A stretch of 64,000 nucleotides of DNA from Candidatus Altimarinota bacterium (GTDB lineage Bacteria; Patescibacteriota; Gracilibacteria; UBA4473). Every line of letters begins with the position of its first letter. Within the stretch, counting starts at the first letter, position 1. The stretch is taken from assembly GCA_965231215.1 (NCBI GenBank), contig OZ246423.1, positions 928,001 through 992,000 on the forward strand, written 5' to 3'. A model generated the notes under the pieces. The model had not been told where the DNA came from and did no database searches. It worked only from the letters and a program-made list of their open reading frames with translations. A program made the translations under genes and the position numbers. Below, piece after piece: positions 19,313 to 28,577 of this stretch.

Positions 19313-19738
19313 ATGATTGCTGTTGCAAAGATAGGCGGTCACCAAGCCCTCATAAAAAAAGGTGACAAAATCCAAGTAGACAAACTTGATGTTGAAGTAG
19401 GGAAAAAAGTGAACTTTGATGTACTGCTTGTCTCTGAAGAAGATGGGACTGGCTTCAAAGTGGGGAAACCATTTATTGATGGTATGAATGTGGAAGCGAA
19501 AGTGCTTTCCCATGGGAAAGGCGAAAAAATCCGAGTATTCAAAATGCAACCTCGGAAACGATACCGAAGAACCCAAGGACATCGTCAAGATTTTACTGAA
19601 ATTGAAATTACAGATATCAAAACAGGCAGTGCTAAAAAAGCCGCTCCCAAAAAAGAGGAAAAAGCACCAGCCAAAAAAGCCGCTCCAAAAGCTAAATCTG
19701 CAGAAAAAAAAGTTGCTAAAAGCGCCAAAGAGAAGTAA
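19313..19738 (+). CDS. rplU: 50S ribosomal protein L21 with Lys/Ala-rich tail
   Basis: MIAVAKIGGHQ, GKP, KIRVFK...GHRQDFT. Confidence 0.95.
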   Translation: MIAVAKIGGHQALIKKGDKIQVDKLDVEVGKKVNFDVLLVSEEDGTGFKVGKPFIDGMNVEAKVLSHGKGEKIRVFKMQPRKRYRRTQGHRQDFTEIEITDIKTGSAKKAAPKKEEKAPAKKAAPKAKSAEKKVAKSAKEK

Positions 19739-19798
19739 AAATATAAAGCTTTCTTTATTTTTAGAAGAAGGCTTAGTACGTGAACGAGACTTATAATC

Positions 19799-20386
19799 AT
19801 GAACGATCAACAACCCGTACCCCCGCAACCACCACAAAGTGGTCAACCTGGAGACACTCCGCAAGGACAAAATTCTGGGGCTCAACAGCCCGTACCTCCA
19901 GTACAAAATCCTCAACAACCGACACCACCTGCAGCTCAGCCGTCACCGGCGCCTCAACCGGCTGCACCACAAGTACCAGCCGATCCAAATAACCGAGTTG
20001 GACAACTTAGTCAGCGTGACGGGAATATTTTTATAATTCCACCGCACCCAAATACGCAGTTTGATGAAAATTATTTTTTGGCACTTCTAGAGGGATCAAT
20101 TTCGCTCACCATGGAAGAAAAGCAAAGAGTTATTGATGCTATTCCTCGCCTTTCAATTGAGCAGATTAACGAACTCATCTCTATCTTTGAAGAAGAGAAA
20201 CAAAAATTTTCAGAACTAGAAAAAGAGTTCGCTGATGATGTAGCTAAACTCAAAGCAGAACGAGAAAAAGAAATTGAAATGACGGAAACCAAAAAAGAAG
20301 AAGAAAGTGAAGCAGATGCGGATGCTGCCGCAGCGGAAGCCCTTAAACGTCAGATGATGGGAGGGGACGATCAGCCACAGCAATAA
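19799..20386 (+). CDS. Hypothetical protein: Pro/Gln-rich N-terminus, helical core, acidic tail
   Basis: Clean ORF followed by a terminator. Core SISLTMEEKQRVIDAIPRLSIEQINELISIFEEEK. Confidence 0.75.
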   Translation: MNDQQPVPPQPPQSGQPGDTPQGQNSGAQQPVPPVQNPQQPTPPAAQPSPAPQPAAPQVPADPNNRVGQLSQRDGNIFIIPPHPNTQFDENYFLALLEGSISLTMEEKQRVIDAIPRLSIEQINELISIFEEEKQKFSELEKEFADDVAKLKAEREKEIEMTETKKEEESEADADAAAAEALKRQMMGGDDQPQQ

Positions 20387-20404
20387 ACTTTTAACACATA
20401 ACAG

Positions 20405-20431
20405 AAAAAGCGGCCTAAAGCCGCTTTTTTT
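20405..20431. terminator. Bidirectional intrinsic terminator
   Basis: AAAAAGCGGC-CTAAA-GCCGCTTTTTTT between convergent genes. Confidence 0.85.
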
Positions 20432-20506
20432 GTGCCAATGGGATTTGCTTTTTGGTTCAGCTTAGCGCTTCATTCAACAAATCCTTCAGGCTTTGCGAAG
20501 TAGTAG

Positions 20507-21193
20507 TTATTTGCCAATTTTATCTAAGAGTTTTCCCGCTCTGTCTTTGCCCCCGAGTCCAAACGCAATACCTCCTGCAATGGCGAACATTGCTACGACT
20601 CCCGTGAAGAAGGTTTCAATTAAACTCTGCGCGATTCCCAGTTGTACGAGAGCCGCCATAAGTGAGAAAATAATGATAGCGGCATTAGCAATTTGTCCGA
20701 GAGTTCCGGCTTGTTTTTTGCTGAGATTCAGACTGCTGGTTCCATGTACAGACACGTCTTGAACGATTTTCCCAATAGCCATTCCAAAGGCCAGGATAAC
20801 AATAGCGACAAATACATTTGGTATATAAGCCAAGATTTGGTTGATAAAGTCATTGAGCTGTTGAATTCCCAGAATATCAATCACTACAACCAGCAGCACT
20901 AACACCAAGAAAATCTGCACTATCTTGGTAAGTAATTTAGTAAGTGAGATAGTAATTCCTAGCTTTTTAAGTTCATCAGTAACCCCTATGCTTTTAAGCA
21001 TATGGTCTACTTTGAGCAGAGATAAAACTTGCTCAGTGACAGTGGTAAGGGCTCGAATAATAATCATGCCTACCATCAGTACGATAAGGGCGGTAATGAC
21101 TAAAGGCAAAAAGCCCATGATTTGGAGGCCGAGCTCCTTGAGAGGGGTAAGAACTAAGCTTCCCCAGGTAACCAGTAAGTTCGTTGGATCCAT
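20507..21193 (-). CDS. CmpX/MscS-associated conserved TM-helix repeat protein
   Basis: Two 'xLPxxIxALIVLxxG' / 'YIPNVFVAIVILAFG' repeats, ALVQLGIA, IAFGLGGKD. Confidence 0.8.
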   Translation of the reverse strand: MDPTNLLVTWGSLVLTPLKELGLQIMGFLPLVITALIVLMVGMIIIRALTTVTEQVLSLLKVDHMLKSIGVTDELKKLGITISLTKLLTKIVQIFLVLVLLVVVIDILGIQQLNDFINQILAYIPNVFVAIVILAFGMAIGKIVQDVSVHGTSSLNLSKKQAGTLGQIANAAIIIFSLMAALVQLGIAQSLIETFFTGVVAMFAIAGGIAFGLGGKDRAGKLLDKIGK

Positions 21194-21288
21194 GATGTAG
21201 AGGGTTAAAAACTAGATCATCCTCCATTTTATGGTAATAATCCCTAAATCCAAAAACATTTTTGCTTCTTGCTTCATATTTAACTCAC

Positions 21289-21318
21289 AAAAAAAACGGC
21301 CCAAAGGCCGTTTTTTTT
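21289..21318 (-). terminator. Intrinsic terminator of rplJL
   Basis: AAAAAAAACGGCC-CAAA-GGCCGTTTTTTTT. Confidence 0.85.
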
Positions 21319-21340
21319 AGTAAAAATGTAAAAGAAAAAA

Positions 21341-21751
21341 CTATTCAAGTTCAATAGTAGCTCCAGCTTCTTCAAATTGTTTTTTGATTTCTTCAGCTTC
21401 TTCAGCTTTAACATTTTCTTTAATAGTTCCTCCGTTATCAGCCAATCCTTTAGCGTCTCCCAAGCCTAGGCCTGTAACTTCTCGGATTACTTTAATAACA
21501 GCGATTTTTTGTCCTCCAGCATCTTTAAGAACGATGTTGTAGGCAGATTTTCCTTCATCAGCAGCGTCGTCGCCTCCAGCAGCTCCAGGAGCGACAGCAA
21601 CGGCAACAGGGGCACTCGCTGTGATTCCGTATTTTTCTTCAAAGTATTTAGCAACGTTGTTGGCTTCAAGAACACTGAGTTTCTCAATAGCGTCTACAAC
21701 GGCTTGTTCGCTCTTAGAGAGCTCAACGGTAGCAGTAGTTTCTTCTGACAT
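21341..21751 (-). CDS. rplL: 50S ribosomal protein L7/L12
   Basis: KIAVIKVIREVTGLGLGDAK, EEAGATIEL. Confidence 0.96.
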   Translation of the reverse strand: MSEETTATVELSKSEQAVVDAIEKLSVLEANNVAKYFEEKYGITASAPVAVAVAPGAAGGDDAADEGKSAYNIVLKDAGGQKIAVIKVIREVTGLGLGDAKGLADNGGTIKENVKAEEAEEIKKQFEEAGATIELE

Positions 21752-21781
21752 GATAGTTAGAATTAAAAGTTAATTTAAAAA

Positions 21782-22333
21782 TTAAGAGGCCGTAGAAAAT
21801 TTTTCGGCGTCTTTGAGGGCCATAGTGATTCCGCGAAGACCATGCGTAAGACCCGCATGAATGCCTCGAGGACCATGGCGAAGGGCACCAACGATTTTTG
21901 AAAGAGATTCTTCTCGAGTAGGAGTGTTGGCAAGTGTAGCAGTAGCACTCTCGTCTAGAAGTTTCCCTTCATAAATAGCACCCGCAAAATCGAATTTTGA
22001 GTGACCAGATTCTTTATTAGTATGCTCTTTTTTTAGATTTTTGATAGCGGTAGCTGGAGCAATTTCATCTTCAGGAGATACAATTACAGCAACAGGGCCA
22101 TCTAGATCATCAGAACTGAATTCAGCTAAACCAGTTTCTTTAGCCGCCAGGGCGATCAAAGTTTTTTTGATCACCGTGTAGCTCATCCCTTGTTCTCGGA
22201 GGCCTCTTCTGGCAGCTTGCACTTCCATCACAGTAGCTCCATCAAATTTGAGGAATGCCACACCTTTTGCGTCTTTGAATTTTGCTTCCAAAGCTTTGAG
22301 CTGATCGGTCTTTTTGGCTTTTGAGGTGGCCAT
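21782..22333 (-). CDS. rplJ: 50S ribosomal protein L10
   Basis: VIKKTLI, LDGPVAV, PTREE. Upstream of rplL. Confidence 0.93.
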   Translation of the reverse strand: MATSKAKKTDQLKALEAKFKDAKGVAFLKFDGATVMEVQAARRGLREQGMSYTVIKKTLIALAAKETGLAEFSSDDLDGPVAVIVSPEDEIAPATAIKNLKKEHTNKESGHSKFDFAGAIYEGKLLDESATATLANTPTREESLSKIVGALRHGPRGIHAGLTHGLRGITMALKDAEKFSTAS

Positions 22334-22525
22334 GATTTTAATTTGGTTAGTTTAGGGCGAAAATAAAATCGCCTTGGTGCTTGGCACAAAGACGTACGAT
22401 TTGAAACGACCTAAAGGGGTTAATTTCAGGCTCTAGAGCACAGGCTCCGAGCGCTAAAGATTGAAATCACACTTTCCTTTTTTCATCTCGGCCAGGCTCA
22501 CTTGCATGCTGGCGGTCTTTGATAA
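22334..22525 (-). ncRNA. Ribosomal protein L10 leader (autoregulatory cis RNA)
   Basis: Minus strand reads ATCAAAGACCGCCAG...CCTGGCCGAGAT, matching the AAGAC..CAG/CCU..CGAG core of L10 leaders, directly upstream of rplJ. Confidence 0.7.
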
Positions 22526-22544
22526 AGCGAGGTGAATATAGGGA

Positions 22545-23093
22545 TCAGGCAGTACTTGTCAAAAAATTTTCGAGGATAAAAATGCCCGCCACACTTCCCG
22601 CCGTGGTTTTTGTTTCAGAGTTTAGAAGTAATTTTTTGGCCGCTTCTATATTGGGCACGGTAAAAATTTCTATTTGTTCGGCCTCTTCTAGTTGCGGTTC
22701 AGCGAACTTTTTAGCTTCAAGAGCTACTACATAGTGATACTGCATTTTTGATCCGGTAGGGTTACTAAAGAGGGCTCGGACCTCCTCAAATTTGGACGCG
22801 GTAAATCCAGTTTCTTCTTTGAGTTCTCTAATGGCGGCTTTAAGCGGAGTCTCCCCTTTGTCTATCATGCCGGCACAAAACTCAGTAACCACTTCACCAC
22901 TGCCGTGCTTATAATTTCTCTGCAGTAATATTTCCCCTTTTTTTAAAATTGGCATAACCAGAACCGCGCCTTCATTTAAGTTGATATACCATTCGGTAGT
23001 TTTGCCGCTAGGCAGTTCTACGATTTGTTTTTCTATAGGACAGAAGGGACTGTCTATGAGTTGTTTTCGACTGAGTACTTTGAAGGGTTTCAT
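22545..23093 (-). CDS. NUDIX hydrolase (ADP-ribose pyrophosphatase-like)
   Basis: Nudix box GMIDKGETPLKAAIRELKEETG. Confidence 0.9.
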   Translation of the reverse strand: MKPFKVLSRKQLIDSPFCPIEKQIVELPSGKTTEWYINLNEGAVLVMPILKKGEILLQRNYKHGSGEVVTEFCAGMIDKGETPLKAAIRELKEETGFTASKFEEVRALFSNPTGSKMQYHYVVALEAKKFAEPQLEEAEQIEIFTVPNIEAAKKLLLNSETKTTAGSVAGIFILENFLTSTA

Positions 23094-23096
23094 GTG

Positions 23097-23645
23097 TTAA
23101 AAATTTCCAATAACCGTGATATTCTGACCCTTTTTAAAATTTTTGTCACGTCGCCAACTGGCTAAATTTTGATCATCAAAAGTAGAGCGGTCATCCAATT
23201 GAGCTTGGGGTAAAAGGGCTTTTAGGCAGGCTTTATATTCAAACATAATGAGGCCATTATCTTCCGTAAAAAATTGATTCCCAAATTTTGTAAAAATCAC
23301 GTCGTAACAATCATCTTTTTGGATTTCAAAACGAGGATAGAGAGGACCAATCCAGATGTGAGGGTCAGCAAATATCTCCAAGAGGTTCTCAATAATACCA
23401 TTCACACAGCCTCGCCATCCGGCATGAATAATGCCGTGTTTTTCATTATCCCAGAAACAAATAGGCGCACAGTCTGCGGTTTGTACTCCGAGGAGAAATT
23501 CAGCATTCTGAGTCCACAATCCATCACAGTTATTTAAATCTTCATTACCGGTGATCACTTCTTGGATATTAGAACTATGGGTTTGTTTTGGGAGTATAGT
23601 CCCATTGGGGAGAGTGTGTCCGGGTAAAAATGTGTGAATGTTCAT
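23097..23645 (-). CDS. YfiH/PgeF-family (laccase-domain) protein, short form
   Basis: QTHS, DGLWT, TADCAPI, HAGWRG. Confidence 0.88.
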   Translation of the reverse strand: MNIHTFLPGHTLPNGTILPKQTHSSNIQEVITGNEDLNNCDGLWTQNAEFLLGVQTADCAPICFWDNEKHGIIHAGWRGCVNGIIENLLEIFADPHIWIGPLYPRFEIQKDDCYDVIFTKFGNQFFTEDNGLIMFEYKACLKALLPQAQLDDRSTFDDQNLASWRRDKNFKKGQNITVIGNF

Positions 23646-23772
23646 TGGATAGAGTCTCGTACTAAAATCTCATTAGAGTGAGGTGCAGCCTTTCAGTTTC
23701 TAGAACAAGATTTTTGGGTTTGGGATCCATTATGATAATCTTAGCGTGCTTATTTTAGAACCTCCAAATTTT

Positions 23773-24429
23773 ATGAAGTTTTACCACTATTCTCACTGTC
23801 CCTTTTGCCAAAGAGTTAGATTGTTTTTAGGCGCCAAAAGGCTGCCTTTTGAATCTATAGTGCTCAGTTATGCAGACTTTGAAACTCCCGAATCACTTAT
23901 CGGCAAAAAAATGCTGCCTATCATACAATTTGATGATGGAACCATTATGGCGGAGAGTCTAGATTTAATTTATGAAATTGAAAACAGATTCCCAGAACAT
24001 AAGCTCATTATTGATGATACTTATGCTAACATCCAATGGGCGGCGACCAAAATGCTAAATATCCCGAGATATTTTGACCTGCTATTGTCCTGGATGCTAG
24101 ACGGCTACAAAGACGCTCCAGAAATGGATGAAGCCGGCGCAAAATATTTTCGTGAATCAAAAGAGCAAAAACGAGGGGTGAGTTTTGAGGATCTTAAATC
24201 CGAAAGTATTTCGATTTTTGAAAACAATGTGGCTCCAGTACTCCAGGAAGTAGAAGAGCGCATTGCCGATACGGGATTTGTGGGAGCGTCTTTTGGCGCT
24301 GCTGATTGTGTACTGGTTTCGGATATGAGTAGTCTGCGTTTGGTTCCAGAAATAGCCCTTTCAGAAGAAATTATGGACTATTTTGAAAGAGTCGAGAGTT
24401 TCTGTGGAGATCAGTTGTTGAAGTACTAA
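23773..24429 (+). CDS. grxB: Glutaredoxin 2 (GrxB, GST-fold)
   Basis: HCPFCQRVR, IGKKMLPI, MAESLDLI, YFRESKE. Confidence 0.85.
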   Translation: MKFYHYSHCPFCQRVRLFLGAKRLPFESIVLSYADFETPESLIGKKMLPIIQFDDGTIMAESLDLIYEIENRFPEHKLIIDDTYANIQWAATKMLNIPRYFDLLLSWMLDGYKDAPEMDEAGAKYFRESKEQKRGVSFEDLKSESISIFENNVAPVLQEVEERIADTGFVGASFGAADCVLVSDMSSLRLVPEIALSEEIMDYFERVESFCGDQLLKY

Positions 24430-26505
24430 TCAATTTTCGTGACCTAACTGATTAAGCGGGTTAATCCCTCGTTCTGGGTTGCCCCAAACAAATTGGTTCA
24501 GGCGAGCATAACTTGGGGGAGTGTAATCGAGGGTAGCCCATTCACCATGAATTTGCTGTAGGGGTTCTGGAGCTTTAAATTCGCTCGCATGATGGGGATA
24601 ATTTTCGAGGAAAATGTTAGCCAAATCTCGCCACACAGATCCAAGAGCATAAATCGCCACGCTCCCAGGCTTCAGAGCCTGACCATTAGTGTTTCCCCCC
24701 CACAGCATCACCGTGGCTTCGGGGGTATAACCAATTACAATATCATCTACTGGCAGGATCAAATTATTGACTCTTTTAGAAGAAGTTCCGGTTTTCACCG
24801 CCATAGGTTTATTGGTATTGATGTGTTGATTCCATTCGGGCGGTCGAGCTTCTTTATTAGCTAAAATATCAGAGATAAAAAATTGGGTTTTAGGTGAAAT
24901 TTTTCGAGCAATTTTGATACCACAAGGGTTACTCAGTTTTTGGCCTTTCAGGTCTCTAATTTCTATGATGGGACAAAGGGGTAAATGTTCCCCGCTCCCA
25001 AGAGTGGCATAGGCATTAGCTAGATCGGTCAGCTTTACGTCGGCGGTTCCCAGTGAAAGGGTCCACCCAAAAGCATGATTTTTAAAGTTTTTCCAAATAT
25101 CAAATCCAAACCGCTGATCTAGATATTTTTTCATACGGGCTTCCCCTCCAGCCAAAAGGAGCGCTTTGGCGGCTGGGATATTTCGTGATTGAGCCAGAGC
25201 CTGAGTCATCCGAATGCCCCCTTGAAAGTGGCCATCAGAATTTCTGAGCCTGAAGTTATCGCCTCGGAAATTTACTACCGAATCGTAAAAGATGGTGGGG
25301 GGTTGGTAGCCTTGCTCAATAGCGGCCGCGTAAATGAAGGGCTTAATAGTAGAACCTGTTTGACGCCTGGATCGTAATAGGTCTACTTGTCCAGAAATAT
25401 CAGAATTCCAAAAAGATTTTGACCCAATCCAAACCAATGGCCCGCGAGTTTCGTGATCAAGAATTAATACGGCTAAATTGGTCATCCAGTGGTCGGCAAA
25501 AAGTTGTCCGCTTTGGATTCGTATTTGATTATAGATTTTATCTTGGAGATCAGCATCTAATGTGGTCTTTACGACTAGACCTTTGGCTTCGCTTTTGAGG
25601 TCTAGTCCTTTAGATTTCAAAAAATCTTGAATATAAAACCGAAAATGCTGGTAATCATCATGAACCCATCTTCGGTGGTTTGGAATTTCGATTTTTCTTA
25701 GATCTTCCCAGACGCTTTGAGCATATTCTGGTGACCAATTAAGGTTTTTAGCGACGGCAAAAAGAAGGGATTCTACCCGTGAAAAATCATAATTAAGATC
25801 CCGAAAAGGAGAACACGTATCATCTACAAAATCTATCGGACAATTTCCAAGCCAAGCGGCGACTTCGCCCTGTTTGGTCAGCCTTACTGGATCTTTTGGG
25901 AGCACGGCTAAGACCAAAGCTTCACTATCGGTAAGTGCAATTGGATCTTTATCAAAATACATTTTTGACGCTACAGCTACTCCATTAACCCTTGGGCCGT
26001 AGGGAACAGTATTGAGATACATCTCTAAAATTTCTTTTTTGCTATAGTTTGATTCAACCCCTAAGGAAATAAAAACTTCTCGCAGCTTTCTTTCATAGCT
26101 TTTCTCGTCATTTAAAAAGACTTTTCGAGCTAACTGTTGGGTGATAGTTGACCCTCCTTGGGCCGTTCTGCCAGACTGCCAATTTACAAAAGCGGCTCGC
26201 AAAATCCCTTTAGGATCAATCCCTTTGTGGGAGTAAAATCGCTTGTCTTCGGCCATAACCGTAGCAATCTTTAGTGTTTGGGGAATGACTTCAATGCCAG
26301 CCCATTCTCGGTTTTCTTGGGTGAAGTTTCGGTATATTTCACGGTCGTTTCTATCAGTTACAATAAGCGAAAATTCCAGATCGTCTAGCGTTAGGTTTTT
26401 CCCTCTTATGAAATCGGGTTGCCCCCATTCTATGAGACTATCCAAACAAATAAACCCGCTTACGAGAAAGGCTGTAAAAAAAGTAAAAAATAGGTGCTTT
26501 ATCAT
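24430..26505 (-). CDS. Class A penicillin-binding protein (transglycosylase + transpeptidase)
   Basis: EDKRFYSHKGID, GGSTITQQL, ILEMYLN; STIK, SRN, KTG. ATG at 26505 preferred. Confidence 0.93.
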   Translation of the reverse strand: MIKHLFFTFFTAFLVSGFICLDSLIEWGQPDFIRGKNLTLDDLEFSLIVTDRNDREIYRNFTQENREWAGIEVIPQTLKIATVMAEDKRFYSHKGIDPKGILRAAFVNWQSGRTAQGGSTITQQLARKVFLNDEKSYERKLREVFISLGVESNYSKKEILEMYLNTVPYGPRVNGVAVASKMYFDKDPIALTDSEALVLAVLPKDPVRLTKQGEVAAWLGNCPIDFVDDTCSPFRDLNYDFSRVESLLFAVAKNLNWSPEYAQSVWEDLRKIEIPNHRRWVHDDYQHFRFYIQDFLKSKGLDLKSEAKGLVVKTTLDADLQDKIYNQIRIQSGQLFADHWMTNLAVLILDHETRGPLVWIGSKSFWNSDISGQVDLLRSRRQTGSTIKPFIYAAAIEQGYQPPTIFYDSVVNFRGDNFRLRNSDGHFQGGIRMTQALAQSRNIPAAKALLLAGGEARMKKYLDQRFGFDIWKNFKNHAFGWTLSLGTADVKLTDLANAYATLGSGEHLPLCPIIEIRDLKGQKLSNPCGIKIARKISPKTQFFISDILANKEARPPEWNQHINTNKPMAVKTGTSSKRVNNLILPVDDIVIGYTPEATVMLWGGNTNGQALKPGSVAIYALGSVWRDLANIFLENYPHHASEFKAPEPLQQIHGEWATLDYTPPSYARLNQFVWGNPERGINPLNQLGHEN

Positions 26506-26580
26506 TTCTTTGTTTCTTTTTATAATATTTAATAAAAAAGTCAAATAAAAGTAAGACAATCTTTTTACCTGTGACCTTTT

Positions 26581-26610
26581 TTGACAAGGAGCAAAAGGGG
26601 TTTGTAGAAT
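26581..26610 (+). promoter_or_regulatory. Near-consensus sigma70 promoter upstream of the mscL relic and fibre gene 1
   Basis: TTGACA-N18-TAGAAT. Confidence 0.6.
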
Positions 26611-26643
26611 TGCGCCAAAGGCTCATCTCTAATTCACAAAAAC

Positions 26644-26793
26644 AGGCGGGAAGAATTTAAAGCTTTTTTGATCAAAGGGAATGCGGTTGATATTGATTTC
26701 ATCCAATCAGAATACGTCCTTAAACCCGCTCCCCCTGCCGCGGATGTGGTGCTGCTTACCAAAATTCGAGATCTTCTAAAAAAGCAAAAATAA
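26644..26793 (+). pseudogene. mscL: Internally deleted mscL relic lacking both TM helices and the start codon
   Basis: Own translation: RREEFKAFLIKGNAVD-IDFIQSEYVLKPA-PPAADVVLLTKIRDLLKKQK*. This is the MscL N-terminal helix, a loop piece and the C-terminal bundle. Confidence 0.8.
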
Positions 26794-26927
26794 AACGATA
26801 AAAGTAATTGGTTAATAAGCTTATCCCAAAACTATTCCAGGCGCTAAAACCTCCCAGTGTTTAGCTAGGTTTTTGTTTTCCAACATTAAGATTTTATTTA
26901 AAATAAAGTTTGAAAAATAAAAACCCA

Positions 26928-28478
26928 ATGTACATTCACTTTAAGCTTATTGTGTCAATATGGCTTTTAACCTTCCTTTTGGGAGGCGTCCCAATAGTTT
27001 TAGCTGCAGAATTTGAAGTAAATAATATTCCCCAAAAAAGCACAGGAGACGCTATATCGGCTGTAGAATTCAACACTATTGTTGATACGCTCAAAGGGAT
27101 TAAGCGGAATGATTACGAGACGGTTACGTTAGATGATGATCTTTTTGGGATTGGACTTGCGCTGAGTTCCCCCTCGGAAAAGTTAGAGGTAGGCGGAAAT
27201 ATAAAAGCGGATAAATTTATTGGAGATGGATCAGAGTTAACAAACCTTCCAGACAGCCATTGGATCAAAACCGGAAGCAGTATTAACTATCAAGAAGGTA
27301 AAGTAGGTATTGGAATAGCCACTCCCTCCGCCAGGTTTCAGGTAGAAGGAGGGGTGATAGTGGACTTGCCAAGCACAGGAAGTTATTCAGATTTTTTGGT
27401 AAACCTCTTTGATGGAAGTGCGGCTCTTAAAGTGCAGCCAAATGGAGCAGTAGGAGTGGGAACTTCAACGCCTACACCAGGATTACTTATGGACATAGAA
27501 GGGGCTTTAGGAGTAGGGCAACTCTGTGATGAGAGTGGCGCTCACTGTCTGGAGGTTTCTGATATTGTGACGGGCGGGGGAATCGCGAATCTTTGGACGG
27601 ATAACAGTGGTAAAATTTACTATAATTCAGGCAATGTAGGTATTGGAGCTACAGATCCTGAAATGTGTGTAGGATGTACTAATAAAACTTTAGAAATCAA
27701 AGGTGAAAATCCAGGGATAGCCCTGAATGACCAAACAGGTTCCACCCAGAAGAAATTCAGAATTTTTAGTGATGATGGGTTTTTGCGTTTTGCTTCAACC
27801 GAGAGTGCTTCGAATCTTTCAAAATACGTCCAAATAGACACGGAGGGGAATATGAGTATTGGGAGTCCTACCGCTGCCAGCAAATTAGAGGTGAATGGCG
27901 GATTGAAACTGGGAACCGATACCAGTGCCTGTAGCGGTATTAAAGAAGGAACACTGCGTTACAGTGGAGGTCATGTGGAAGTATGTAATGGAACTTCTTG
28001 GATCGCTCTTGGATCTGGCGGAGGTGGGGGGAGCCTCTCTGTAGGCCCTGGATTTTATGCCCATAGAACAGCTTCTCAAAGTATTTCAAGCGGCAGCTGG
28101 ATACGGATAGATTATACGGCTGAAGAATTTGATAAAACCAATGACTTTGATCTGTCAAATGATCGTTTTGAGCCAAGTGTAGCTGGACGCTATATCCTGA
28201 CCGCTCAAACTCGGTATGAGGGAATGAGTTCGCAAGATATCGTCTTTATTCAGATCAAAAAGAATGGACAGGTTATTGCACGTGATCGAGTACGAGTTAT
28301 TGAATCGGGCTACACCAACCGGTATCCAGTTACAAAAGTTTCGGTGGTAGCTGAAGCCAATGGAACTTCAGATTACTTTGAGGTAGAGACCTACCATGAT
28401 TTTGGAGAAAACCGTAATCTGAATGCGAATAAATATTATACCAATTTTACTGGCTCTTTGGTGAATGCTGGTGCTTGA
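26928..28478 (+). CDS. Secreted tail-fibre-like protein 1 with C-terminal C1q/TNF-like domain
   Basis: Signal peptide ending VLA-AEF; KSTGDAISAVEFN; repeated GNVGIG..P...LEV.G shaft motifs; GTLRY...EVCNGTSW; C1q-like FYAHR...FDLSNDRF..P..GRY...FTG. Confidence 0.8.
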   Translation: MYIHFKLIVSIWLLTFLLGGVPIVLAAEFEVNNIPQKSTGDAISAVEFNTIVDTLKGIKRNDYETVTLDDDLFGIGLALSSPSEKLEVGGNIKADKFIGDGSELTNLPDSHWIKTGSSINYQEGKVGIGIATPSARFQVEGGVIVDLPSTGSYSDFLVNLFDGSAALKVQPNGAVGVGTSTPTPGLLMDIEGALGVGQLCDESGAHCLEVSDIVTGGGIANLWTDNSGKIYYNSGNVGIGATDPEMCVGCTNKTLEIKGENPGIALNDQTGSTQKKFRIFSDDGFLRFASTESASNLSKYVQIDTEGNMSIGSPTAASKLEVNGGLKLGTDTSACSGIKEGTLRYSGGHVEVCNGTSWIALGSGGGGGSLSVGPGFYAHRTASQSISSGSWIRIDYTAEEFDKTNDFDLSNDRFEPSVAGRYILTAQTRYEGMSSQDIVFIQIKKNGQVIARDRVRVIESGYTNRYPVTKVSVVAEANGTSDYFEVETYHDFGENRNLNANKYYTNFTGSLVNAGA

Positions 28479-28577
28479 GCTTTAGAAATGCCTTAGATTT
28501 CTTTCCTGATTTTTGAGTATTGAAGTTGTTCAAAAAATATTTGTTTTTCCTCTATTTATGATACAATTTTTTTCGAC

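Noticed and set aside
19184-19918. 244-aa minus-strand ORF and other short ORFs overlapping housekeeping genes
   Set aside because: Shadows of rplU and other well-supported genes, with no recognisable motifs
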